Shown here in pieces: positions 38,772 through 47,093 of a stretch of DNA of 64,000 nucleotides. Every line of letters begins with the position of its first letter. Within the stretch, counting starts at the first letter, position 1. Position numbers and translations under genes: made by a program. Under the pieces are notes generated by a model. It was not told the DNA's origin. It searched no databases and saw only the letters and a program-made list of their open reading frames with translations. Source of the DNA: Candidatus Enterousia sp. (GTDB taxonomy: Bacteria; Pseudomonadota; Alphaproteobacteria; Rs-D84); the NCBI GenBank assembly GCA_045606425.1, contig JAZURV010000004.1:46353-110352 (forward strand). Direction: 5' to 3'.

Positions 38772-40436
38772 TTATTCAAATAGCAATGGCATGATTCCAT
38801 CTAATATTGCCCCGGCTGTTGGCACCGCATTCCATGCCGCAGTTTTCCAACCTCCGCTTTCTTTTGTTCCCTGGGGTTCGTCCAGCATAATCAGTATTAT
38901 ATATTGCGGGGCTGACACTGGGAAAATACCGGTAAAGACCGTCATATTTCTGCTTTTATCTGCGCGTCTGTCGGCACCGCGTTTTTCCGCAGTTCCTGTT
39001 TTTCCGCCAATTTCTATACCCTGCACACGGGCCTTCTTAGCCGTGGTTTCTTCGGCTATATGGAACATTATATTTCGCAATTTCGCAGATATTTCTGAAT
39101 TTAACACGCGTTCCCCGCGCACCGCACCTATGTTTCTTTTCAATAATGTTGGATAAATATAAATTCCACCATTTGTCATCGCATTTACCCCCAACAGCAA
39201 ATGCATAGGCGTCACCGCAATACCGTGCCCGAACGACGCAGTTGCGCGTTCTGTCGGTCCCCATGTTTTATAGGTTATTGCCCGTTCGGTTTTTCCGAAT
39301 TCCAATTGCAATGCCCTGTCAAAATTCAGCCGTTCAAAAAATTCTTTCTGGGCGCCATCTGGCAAATCCAGTGCGATACGGGCACTGCCAACATTACAGG
39401 AATGCAACATTATTTCTGGGGCTTTCAACGTTTTGTGACCACCTTTTTTCACAACATCGCGTTTAAAAGACGACACATCATCGATTGGTTTTTTCATGGC
39501 GGGGCGTCCAAACTTGTCATAAATCATCAGCGGTTCGTCAACCCGATATTCTTTGTTTTGCAAACCGTTTTCATATGCCAACGCAGTATTAAATATCTTG
39601 AAAATCGACCCCATTTCAAAATTATCACGCATCAGTTTAAAACGACGTGTATTCACCGGTATAGAATTTATATTATTCGGGTCAAAATCAGGAATTTGTA
39701 CCATCGCTATCATTTCACCAGTACTGGAATTCATCAACATACCCATCGCACCCTTGGCATGATATTTATTCATGGCGATGGTCAATTGTTCATGGAATAT
39801 ATTTTGCACGCGCGAATCGATAGACAATCGCAGTGGCGATTTATTTTCGCGCAAATATTTATCGTATGTCATTTCGATGCCTTCCAGACCTTCATCTTTA
39901 CCGGAAAAACCTATAACATGCGCAAAGACATTTTTTTGTGGATAGCGTCGCTGAGTAAATTGTTCTATTTCGAAACAGTCGTATTTTTTATGCGCCAAAC
40001 GTATTTGTTTCATCTGGTCTTCATTAGCGTTCTTTTTTATATAAACCCCACGCCGACCAGTTCTGATTAAATTCAGCGCATCTTCTACACTGTAATTCAT
40101 TGGTGCGATTTCATGGATAACATTTGCAACATCATTTACATCTTTTTCTTTGACCCGTGGCGGGAACAGTTTAATATTCCCAGATTTTACACTTTTTGCC
40201 AAAACGACACCGTTTCTGTCAATTATATCTGCACGGCTTTCAATTTGGACCCCGTTTCCATTGTGCCGTCTGTAATCATTACTTTGTAATCCCAACTGCA
40301 GGGTGCGTGCAATAAATATCACAAACAACACAGAAAACAGACCCTTAACCCAGCGCAAACGCGCCGCGCTTTCGTGATTAAAAATGGCGCCCTTGTATTC
40401 ATGTGGTAAAATATCTTTGCCTATATTAAAGCGCAT
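38772..40436 (-). CDS. ftsI: peptidoglycan D,D-transpeptidase FtsI (PBP3)
   Basis: SIFK (SxxK), SCN (SxN) and KTGT motifs. Start set at the MRFNIGK Met, which overlaps the ftsL-like gene end. Confidence 0.9.
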   Translation of the reverse strand: MRFNIGKDILPHEYKGAIFNHESAARLRWVKGLFSVLFVIFIARTLQLGLQSNDYRRHNGNGVQIESRADIIDRNGVVLAKSVKSGNIKLFPPRVKEKDVNDVANVIHEIAPMNYSVEDALNLIRTGRRGVYIKKNANEDQMKQIRLAHKKYDCFEIEQFTQRRYPQKNVFAHVIGFSGKDEGLEGIEMTYDKYLRENKSPLRLSIDSRVQNIFHEQLTIAMNKYHAKGAMGMLMNSSTGEMIAMVQIPDFDPNNINSIPVNTRRFKLMRDNFEMGSIFKIFNTALAYENGLQNKEYRVDEPLMIYDKFGRPAMKKPIDDVSSFKRDVVKKGGHKTLKAPEIMLHSCNVGSARIALDLPDGAQKEFFERLNFDRALQLEFGKTERAITYKTWGPTERATASFGHGIAVTPMHLLLGVNAMTNGGIYIYPTLLKRNIGAVRGERVLNSEISAKLRNIMFHIAEETTAKKARVQGIEIGGKTGTAEKRGADRRADKSRNMTVFTGIFPVSAPQYIILIMLDEPQGTKESGGWKTAAWNAVPTAGAILDGIMPLLFE

Positions 40437-40728
40437 TTTTTTCACCCGCCATTGGTATATCATCGATATGTACAGTCTTGCTGTACGACACAATTTCTGC
40501 GTGCGGATTTACCCCAACCACAGAACCACGCAACAAATCAGCCGACGACAATGCAGAAAATATAGTTTTTGCCACATCATATTCATGCTGGGTATTTTCC
40601 ATACTGCGTCGCACCATATTCAAATTAGAATTCTGTACACGATAACAAACCTGTAAAAAAACAGTCAAAAAAATCACACCGATTCCCATGATTGTGCCTA
40701 TACTAAACATTTTTTCATCATCGCGCAT
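40426..40728 (-). CDS. FtsL-like cell-division membrane protein
   Basis: 100 aa, single TM, positioned immediately upstream of ftsI. Confidence 0.5.
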   Translation of the reverse strand: MRDDEKMFSIGTIMGIGVIFLTVFLQVCYRVQNSNLNMVRRSMENTQHEYDVAKTIFSALSSADLLRGSVVGVNPHAEIVSYSKTVHIDDIPMAGEKNAL

Positions 40729-40759
40729 AGAAATCCTTCCTTTATGAATAAGTATTGTA

Positions 40760-41122
40760 TCATAAATTCTTGAAAAAACGAATCATAGAATTTATACCAT
40801 TTAATCGACCTGCGCCGAAATTCAGATTCAGTGCATTAAATTCGCCAATTAAATCCATATTTTTTATCTGTTCAACGGTTTTTCCATCTGTTTCAGCCAA
40901 AATTATTGCAACAATTCCGCGCACCATCATCGAATCGGCACGACCATAAAAACGGCCATCTTTTTCACAGATTTCAACAAACGACGAACACCCAAAAATT
41001 TCAGTACATTTTGCACCATCAGGAACAGGTTCCAACGATTTTCCTAAATCCATCACGAATTCCAGTTTTTCAACTGGATTTTCAATCATAGACAAAGCAT
41101 TTTTTATCGCATCATATGTCAT
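40760..41122 (-). CDS. sufE: cysteine desulfuration protein SufE
   Basis: GCSSFV active-site loop; 120 aa. Confidence 0.8.
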   Translation of the reverse strand: MTYDAIKNALSMIENPVEKLEFVMDLGKSLEPVPDGAKCTEIFGCSSFVEICEKDGRFYGRADSMMVRGIVAIILAETDGKTVEQIKNMDLIGEFNALNLNFGAGRLNGINSMIRFFKNL

Positions 41123-41128
41123 TTTGAT

Positions 41129-41443
41129 TTACCACCCCTGTTCTGTTAAATCCAATTCAAGACGGGCAACATCACTCATTCTGGACAAATCCCACGCCGG
41201 GTCCCAAACCAATTTAACATCTACATTCCGATTACCCGCGACAGATTCTACATTTGATTTAACCTGGCTTAAAATATCTTCCATCATGGGACATGTCGGC
41301 GAAGTAAAAGTCATTTCAATAACAATGCTTTTATCATTTATCGCGATATCATAAATCAGACCCAAATCCCAAATATTCACAGGAATTTCCGGGTCATAAA
41401 CTTTTTTTATTTCGTTTATAACATCATCGCGTAAATCGGACAT
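41129..41443 (-). CDS. DUF59/SufT-like Fe-S assembly protein
   Basis: VYDPEIPVNIWDLGLIY...TFTSPTCP motif. Confidence 0.8.
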   Translation of the reverse strand: MSDLRDDVINEIKKVYDPEIPVNIWDLGLIYDIAINDKSIVIEMTFTSPTCPMMEDILSQVKSNVESVAGNRNVDVKLVWDPAWDLSRMSDVARLELDLTEQGW

Positions 41444-42571
41444 TTATTCCACCAGACCTTTAATCACATCGACAACATACTTTGCATCGTCCATCGTATT
41501 CCACGGGCCAATCGAAATTCGAATTGACCCATCAAGATTTAACTTTTTATGTATCCAACTGGCGCACATATTACCAACACGAACACAAATATCATGCGCG
41601 CCCAACATCGCACCAAAATCCAACACATGCATATTGGTCGGGACAAAACTTATCATCACAGAATCACGCGATGTTAATAATTCAATATTTTTTATCTTTG
41701 ATAATTCATCATACATATAATGTATCAAATCTGTGGCACCATCCCAATTTTTGCAATAATCAATCGCATATGGCAAACCAATTATTTGTGTCAACGGCAG
41801 AGTTCCTGCCTCAAACTTTTCTGGTGCCTTGCTTAAAATCCATGAAGATTGTTCATTATCTGTGATATTATTTTTTACAATCATACCACCACCATATTTA
41901 TCAGGAAATAAATTAGTATCACGAATATACAAAATACCCACACCTGTGTCGGCACCTATTTTATGCCCAGAAAAAACGCAAAAATCACAATCCCATTTTT
42001 TAACATTTATTTTTTCATGTGCAACGTATTGTGCTGCATCAACAATCGTTATAACTTTTGGGTTTTTCAAACGCGCTGCGCGAATAATATCTGCAACATC
42101 TTGTGCAACGCCCATTACATTAGACATCGCAGTTATAATTAAAAAATCGGTCTTTGGTATTGAATCAAGTTTTATATTGAAATTTTCGTCTAAATCACAA
42201 ATAAATTCTTTGCGAATTTTCCCATCGTGCAATAAATTTTCCCATGGCAAACGCGCACTATGATGATCTAAATCAGAAACAGCAAAAGTGGACAACTCTG
42301 CATATGATGGTTGAGATGTTAAAATATTGACTATGCGGTTCATTCCATCGGTTGTCCCCGATGTAAAAACGATATTTTCTTTGTCCGCGCCGATAAAGTC
42401 CGCAACGCGCCCCCGCACATCGTCAATCATGGCATCAACACGCCCGGCGCGTGCACAAATACCACGTCCAGCATTAGCATAGGAATTACGCAGAAAATCT
42501 GCCTCAGATTCAATTACTGATTGAGGTTTTAACCAACTTGCAGCACCATCCATATAAACGAATTTTTTCAT
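41444..42571 (-). CDS. sufS: cysteine desulfurase (SufS-like, short)
   Basis: PLP-lysine SGHK and C-terminal RVGNMCA active-site Cys. Confidence 0.85.
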   Translation of the reverse strand: MKKFVYMDGAASWLKPQSVIESEADFLRNSYANAGRGICARAGRVDAMIDDVRGRVADFIGADKENIVFTSGTTDGMNRIVNILTSQPSYAELSTFAVSDLDHHSARLPWENLLHDGKIRKEFICDLDENFNIKLDSIPKTDFLIITAMSNVMGVAQDVADIIRAARLKNPKVITIVDAAQYVAHEKINVKKWDCDFCVFSGHKIGADTGVGILYIRDTNLFPDKYGGGMIVKNNITDNEQSSWILSKAPEKFEAGTLPLTQIIGLPYAIDYCKNWDGATDLIHYMYDELSKIKNIELLTSRDSVMISFVPTNMHVLDFGAMLGAHDICVRVGNMCASWIHKKLNLDGSIRISIGPWNTMDDAKYVVDVIKGLVE

Positions 42572-42644
42572 GTCGTTTTTCTCTTGCTTTTTGCTATGAT
42601 TATAATAGACTAAATCGAAATATCAACAACATAAGGAGAAAAAG

Positions 42645-42962
42645 ATGGCACTGAAACACGCTAATGATGAAACATTTGATTCGATGATTCAAAACGGTTT
42701 AACTTTGGTTGATTTTTGGGCTTCTTGGTGTGGTCCATGTCAAATGTTTGGACCAATATTTGAAAATGTATCGAACATAAAATCAGATGTCAATTTTGTA
42801 AAATTTGAAATCGACGAAACAAACCGACGCACACCTGCCAAATTTGGCATACGCAGTATCCCCAGCGTCCTGGCGTTTAAAAACGGCGAATTGGTCGAAG
42901 CCCGCACAGGATTGATGGACGACGAAACCCTTATCCAATGGATAGAAGAATTAAAAGGTTAA
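42645..42962 (+). CDS. trxA: thioredoxin
   Basis: WCGPC active site. Confidence 0.95.
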   Translation: MALKHANDETFDSMIQNGLTLVDFWASWCGPCQMFGPIFENVSNIKSDVNFVKFEIDETNRRTPAKFGIRSIPSVLAFKNGELVEARTGLMDDETLIQWIEELKG

Positions 42963-42967
42963 GACAA

Positions 42968-43399
42968 ATGGCAAAAAAGAATTTTAAAAACATCGTTTTG
43001 GACCCTAAATATACACCGAAAAAATCGGAACCATATATGTGTGACGAACAACTGGCATATTTTTATCAGTTGTTAAACGCGCAACGTGACGAAATCATGC
43101 ACGACCGCGCAGATGTATTAAACGATGTTCGCATGGCTGAAAAAAATGAATCTGCCGGGGTTGGTGACGAACAGGACCAGGCATCTGCAGAACAAGAAAT
43201 CACCATGAATTTGCGTATGTCTGAACGCACAACAAATTTATTACAGAAAATAAATGCTGCGTTGGAAAGAATTGAAAATGGCACATACGGATTCAGCGTG
43301 ATATCTGGCGATGAAATTGGCCTGCAAAGAATGTTGGCACGCCCATTGGCAACAATGACAGTCGAAGAGCAAGAAGAATACGAACAAAAGAAAAGATAA
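42968..43399 (+). CDS. dksA: DksA/TraR-family RNA polymerase-binding protein lacking the Cys4 zinc finger
   Basis: Coiled-coil with the DxxDxA-type tip (GDEQDQASAE). In the C-terminal region, GTYGFSVISGDEIG..ATMTVEEQ replaces the CxxC..CxxC pairs. Confidence 0.8.
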   Translation: MAKKNFKNIVLDPKYTPKKSEPYMCDEQLAYFYQLLNAQRDEIMHDRADVLNDVRMAEKNESAGVGDEQDQASAEQEITMNLRMSERTTNLLQKINAALERIENGTYGFSVISGDEIGLQRMLARPLATMTVEEQEEYEQKKR

Positions 43400-43402
43400 A
43401 AC

Positions 43403-43427
43403 AACCGCCACACGGCGGTTTTTTTTG
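43403..43427 (+). terminator. dksA intrinsic terminator
   Basis: AACCGCC-acac-GGCGGTT plus T-run. Confidence 0.75.
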
Positions 43428-43447
43428 TGCGGATTACAGAAAGCAAG

Positions 43448-43547
43448 TTCCCCTCCTGCGGAGGGGTGGTCTTTTGTTGTCAAGGTTGTTCGTTTTTTTT
43501 CAACCCTCCCCGCCACTTCGTGGTCCCCCCGCCCCGGGCGGGGAATA
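43448..43547. repeat. GC-rich palindromic MITE-like element, copy A
   Basis: Left arm TTCCCCTCC-tgc-GGAGGGG; right arm CCCTCCCCGCC...CCCCGCCCC-ggg-CGGGGAAT. Confidence 0.6.
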
Positions 43548-43644
43548 CAAGCAAGGTTTCGGAAACAAAGTACACCGAAACCGTTGCGGTATACGCCAGA
43601 GCGCAAGCGCATGGCGAATTTTGCACCGTTCTTGGCACAGTCTA

Positions 43645-43868
43645 AATTCCCCTCCCACGGAGGGGTGGATTGGCGGAACGCAGTGACGACAAGACGGGGA
43701 GGGGTCAAATAAAAATTTATTATTGAATTCATTTTTTTTCATAAATAAGATGTAAAACAAGATATGTCTAATATTTTGATATGGATAAAGCGAAATATAG
43801 ATTTAATAAACTGAATTTAATTTGACCCCTCCCCGCCCTGCGGGCCCTCCCCTCCGGCGGAGGGGAAT
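43645..43868. repeat. GC-rich palindromic MITE-like element, copy B (long AT-rich centre)
   Basis: AATTCCCCTCC-cac-GGAGGGG ... GGGGAGGGGTCAAAT, an AT-rich centre of ~110 nt, then ATTTGACCCCTCCCCGCC...CCCCTCC-ggc-GGAGGGGAAT. Confidence 0.7.
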
Positions 43869-43944
43869 CTGCGATGTTCCTAAGACGACCTAAAAAAAAA
43901 GAACCCGGCAAGGGGTTCTTTTTTTTATGGAACACACACACATA

Positions 43945-44619
43945 TTATTGTGGTGTATTGAATGTCCAACCGGTAAAGATTTTACCTGGTTTGTGGACTG
44001 CTTTCCGTGGCGTTCTGATATCACCACCGTATGTGACAGAACCGGCGTCGTTTGCCGCGATATCTTCCGCAGACGCGTCCGCCCATGTGATGCTGATAGT
44101 ATTCGCAGTGCACGACGACGAACCAGCAGTCGACGAATACCCCGTTGCACAGGGTTCGATTCCTTGATCAATTGTTTCATTAAAAGTATATGTTCCACCA
44201 GAACAAATATTATTTGCTGGACAAATTGTGCACACATCAACCCCCGCTGGTAAATAATATCCGGCAGAGCAAGTATGCGAATTTGGTTCAAAAATCGCAA
44301 TTATTTCGTGTGGCGCATTTGCAGCACAGGTATTGGTTAAATTATTTACAAATAAGTTTGGATTGTTTAAGCCCTGATTTTCGTTTTTTTTGAAATTAAA
44401 GACTCCTCCTGTGCAACTATAATCAATCGGACATGTACGACATCCAAGGGTATTTGCCGGTAAAAATTCACCAGAAAAACACTCGTATTGGTTTGGTGTA
44501 AACACAGCAACAAACATATCTTCTTCAGGACCGCCACATGAATTTGGTATTGGTTCGGTATAATACGTGAAAGCATTCAAAGAACACCAAGCAATAAAGA
44601 TGACAAATATTTTTTTCAT
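43945..44619 (-). CDS. Cys-rich secreted protein with conserved C-terminal B-repeat domain
   Basis: Signal peptide; repeated C..G.Y/F..C..CP motifs; C-terminus ISITW..DIAANDAGSVTYGGDIRTPRKAVHKPGKIFTGWTFN. Confidence 0.75.
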   Translation of the reverse strand: MKKIFVIFIAWCSLNAFTYYTEPIPNSCGGPEEDMFVAVFTPNQYECFSGEFLPANTLGCRTCPIDYSCTGGVFNFKKNENQGLNNPNLFVNNLTNTCAANAPHEIIAIFEPNSHTCSAGYYLPAGVDVCTICPANNICSGGTYTFNETIDQGIEPCATGYSSTAGSSSCTANTISITWADASAEDIAANDAGSVTYGGDIRTPRKAVHKPGKIFTGWTFNTPQ

Positions 44620-45410
44620 TATTCAACCTCGGGCCCAGCAATAAAATTACCTGTTCCTGAATTTGTGAAAAATATTTTTGTGACAGTATCATACATACCA
44701 ACAGTATTGTTTTTTATTGCTGGTATTAAATTGTGTGAAAGATTTTCCCCATCCCAAATCTGACAATAATATATTCGACCACGAAAAGGGAATTCCATTC
44801 TTCCACTGGTATTACGTGCAAATAAAAACAAAGTATAATTGGCGAACCATTCTCCATTTGTAGGGAAAGTCCAAGTATGAATATCTTTTATAGACACCAC
44901 ATTTTTATTATAATATAGCTCGTATTTTATTCTTGTTGTATCGCCTTCTGAAATAGTAGTGACTGTTCCGCTTTCGTTTCCTCCAAAACCGATACGATTT
45001 GGCACCAACAAACGTACCAGTCCATTTTTTGAATTACTTGCGTCCCCATAGTCAGCACAACCCAAAACTGCCATATTTTGGTTAATTGTGTCTGTTCTCA
45101 TATAAGCAATTTTTACAGACGTATCTTTGTTAGGAAAATAACCAGTATCGATATATTGTATTCCTGTGGCTTCTATATATTCAAGAGGCGTATAACTTTT
45201 TTCACGCCATCCCTGAAATGTATACCCGTATTTTGTTGGTGCTAATGGTAAATTTATATCACCGCCTGTTTGGCAAGTTGTTGTGTTGTATACGCTGCCA
45301 TCAACATACCATTTTATCGTTTCTGTATCGGCGTATAATGCGGTTGTAAACAGCAACGACAATAATAACACTAATAATTTTTTCATCTCTCTTTCCTTTC
45401 GTTTGTTCAT
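44619..45410 (-). CDS. secreted protein: N-terminal B-repeat plus conserved C-terminal domain (paralog of 9192..9977)
   Basis: GYTFQGW; LEYIEATGIQYIDTG ... GMYDTVTKIFFTNSGTGNF. TAATG overlap with the downstream gene. Confidence 0.7.
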   Translation of the reverse strand: MNKRKEREMKKLLVLLLSLLFTTALYADTETIKWYVDGSVYNTTTCQTGGDINLPLAPTKYGYTFQGWREKSYTPLEYIEATGIQYIDTGYFPNKDTSVKIAYMRTDTINQNMAVLGCADYGDASNSKNGLVRLLVPNRIGFGGNESGTVTTISEGDTTRIKYELYYNKNVVSIKDIHTWTFPTNGEWFANYTLFLFARNTSGRMEFPFRGRIYYCQIWDGENLSHNLIPAIKNNTVGMYDTVTKIFFTNSGTGNFIAGPEVE

Positions 45411-45426
45411 TTGCCCATCGCAGACT

Positions 45427-45567
45427 AATTCCCCTCCACGGGAGGGGTACGGCGCCAGCCGTGGGGAGGAGTCAAATTAAATAAATATAATTATAAAAAA
45501 ATTACAATTATATTTATCGGTCCCCTCCCCGCCACGTTGTGGCCCTCCCCTCCGTCGGAGGGGAATT
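45427..45567. repeat. GC-rich palindromic MITE-like element, copy C
   Basis: AATTCCCCTCC-acg-GGAGGGG ... GGGGAGGAGTCAAATT, an AT-rich centre, then GGTCCCCTCCCCGCC...CCCCTCC-gtc-GGAGGGGAATT. It sits between leader L2 and its gene. Confidence 0.7.
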
Positions 45568-45584
45568 GCACCATTCCCAGTGCG

Positions 45585-45780
45585 AAACATCAAAATACCG
45601 CATTTGAAAATCAAAGGCGGTTGGAGGTTAACGACAATTTAGACTGAAAATTGTGCGCTTATTCATATATATCAGCGCCCTCCAACCTATATTCAAGTTG
45701 GAGATTCTTTCACGTCCATATACACAATGGACAACAGTCTAAACGGGTCGTTACACCCATCAGGAAAACACTTCCTGACG
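45585..45780 (-). promoter_or_regulatory. structured 5' leader RNA L2 (family of four)
   Basis: -10 TAAAAT at 45786-45791. Same helices as L1 and L3 with compensatory changes. Variant terminator ACCGC-loop-GCGGT plus a U-rich tail. Confidence 0.65.
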
Positions 45781-45792
45781 AAATTATTTTAA

Positions 45793-45826
45793 CAAAAAAC
45801 ACTGGCAATCGCCAGTGCTTTTTTTA
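45793..45826 (-). terminator. tatA intrinsic terminator
   Basis: CACTGGC-gatt-GCCAGTG plus T-run on the minus strand. Confidence 0.7.
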
Positions 45827-45840
45827 CAAAAAATAATTTT

Positions 45841-46053
45841 TTATTTTGATTTCTTTTTTGAAACCGCCCTTTTGGCAACAGCCTTTTTCTTTGGCGCAGG
45901 TTTTACTGTTTTTTCAGGTTCTTCCTTGATTTCTTTTTTGAATGTCTTTATGCCACCTGCGATGTTTTTCATCATTGCCGGTATCTTGGCAGAACCGAAC
46001 AAAATCAAAATCAAAACAACAATTAAAATTATTTCCCAAATGCCACCACGCAT
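45841..46053 (-). CDS. tatA: twin-arginine translocase subunit TatA/E
   Basis: MRGGIWEIILIVVLILILFGSAKIP... followed by an amphipathic helix. Confidence 0.85.
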   Translation of the reverse strand: MRGGIWEIILIVVLILILFGSAKIPAMMKNIAGGIKTFKKEIKEEPEKTVKPAPKKKAVAKRAVSKKKSK

Positions 46054-46068
46054 AATTTACCCCTTTGG

Positions 46069-46845
46069 TTATTTCGTCACATAACAATCCAGACCGTCGG
46101 ATTTAGCATTTCTGCAAAAACCATTTGCGTCATTCGCATTCTGGAACGCAACACGCAATCTGTATGTTGTTTTTCCGTTGACCTGGGCAGCCAGGATAAC
46201 AAACTGTTTACCCGAAAACAGATTCGCATGTGATGCACGCAATTTTTGTTCTGCACTTTGTGCCGCCGCGCGTGTTCCATACGAACCAAACTGGACATAA
46301 ATTCCGCCATTCGTCGCAGTCTGGGTTGGCTTTGGCGTCGCCTTGGCCACTGGTTTTGGTGCCGGTTTTGCCGCTGGTTTCGCGGCTGGTTTTGCCACCG
46401 GTTTTGTTTCGCCTTTGTCTGGGTTAAATGTGACCTCTTTCCTGTCGGAAATCACACGCACAGGCGCGCCATTTGTTTCCACAGGTTTTGCATCAACTGG
46501 TTTTGCCGCCGCCGGTTCAATTTTAACCGGTTCTGGTTGTGCATCGGGTTGTGGCGCAACCTCAACAGGTTTTGCCGGGACATTCAAATCGTCCATTGGT
46601 GCCGGCGCATTATCAACATTTTGCGTTGGCGCATCTAAATCGATATTCACAGATGTCGACGAATCGCCCCCAACACGTGCGATTATAATCCACACAGCCA
46701 ATATAATTATCAACAACCCCAACCCCATCAACAGCCATGGTTTCTTTGGTCGTGGTGATGTAAATGGCGTTGCCTCTGGCAATGCGTCAACCTGACCTGC
46801 GTCATCTTCCAGGTCTAATAAATCCAAATCTTGTTCTTGGTCCAT
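46069..46845 (-). CDS. SPOR-domain protein with Pro/Ala/Lys-rich linker
   Basis: N-terminal TM, PAAKPAAKPAPKP repeats, and a C-terminal SPOR-like region GGIYVQFGSYGTRAAA...YRLRV. Confidence 0.75.
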   Translation of the reverse strand: MDQEQDLDLLDLEDDAGQVDALPEATPFTSPRPKKPWLLMGLGLLIIILAVWIIIARVGGDSSTSVNIDLDAPTQNVDNAPAPMDDLNVPAKPVEVAPQPDAQPEPVKIEPAAAKPVDAKPVETNGAPVRVISDRKEVTFNPDKGETKPVAKPAAKPAAKPAPKPVAKATPKPTQTATNGGIYVQFGSYGTRAAAQSAEQKLRASHANLFSGKQFVILAAQVNGKTTYRLRVAFQNANDANGFCRNAKSDGLDCYVTK

Positions 46846-46904
46846 GAATATCTCCCTTGCTTTGTGATAGAGATATTATATCACAAAAAAACGATATAAC
46901 CAAA

Positions 46905-47045
46905 TTATTTTGGCATATTTCCAAAATTAGGCGGAACAATCAATTTATGGTTTTCTTCTATGATTGGTTCGTTTTCACATTTACAGCATCCCGCAACGCA
47001 AACCACCAATGATGTAAGTGCCAATAAAATCGCTATTTTTTTCAT
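46905..47045 (-). CDS. small putative lipoprotein (46 aa), below the ORF-track size cutoff
   Basis: Own translation: MKKIAILLALTSLVVCVAGCCKCENEPIIEENHKLIVPPNFGNMPK. RBS AGGA lies upstream, and the gene follows the thrS terminator hairpin. Confidence 0.45.
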   Translation of the reverse strand: MKKIAILLALTSLVVCVAGCCKCENEPIIEENHKLIVPPNFGNMPK

Positions 47046-47093
47046 GATTCTTTTCCTTTTCTTTCAAAAGGGGCGAAAAATCGCCCCCTGTTT

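Noticed and set aside
39201-40070. 289-aa plus-strand ORF inside ftsI, and similar long antisense ORFs (2125..2706 in dnaA, 10845..11315 in the secretin gene, 46343..46795 in the SPOR gene, 50369..50926 in rluB/rsmE)
   Set aside because: These are shadow ORFs opposite well-supported genes. They have biased low-complexity composition and no motifs or signals.
43241-43760. Five overlapping ORFs in the track (43241..43732 -, 43425..43712 +, 43427..43645 +, 43474..43686 +, 43500..43760 -)
   Set aside because: They run through the GC-rich palindromic repeat elements in several frames on both strands. Their Pro/Gly/Arg-rich translations are what such repeats give by chance, and there is no RBS or coherent gene context.
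43448-43868. Possible CRISPR array, because of the recurring CCCCTCC...GGAGGGG units
   Set aside because: The units are inverted rather than direct, have irregular spacing and length, are arranged as paired arms around AT-rich cores, and no cas genes are present.
43931-43942. (AC)6 tract near a B-repeat gene as a second phase-variation site
   Set aside because: It is short and lies 3 nt downstream of the stop codon of 43945..44619, between the gene and its terminator, so length changes would not affect the reading frame.
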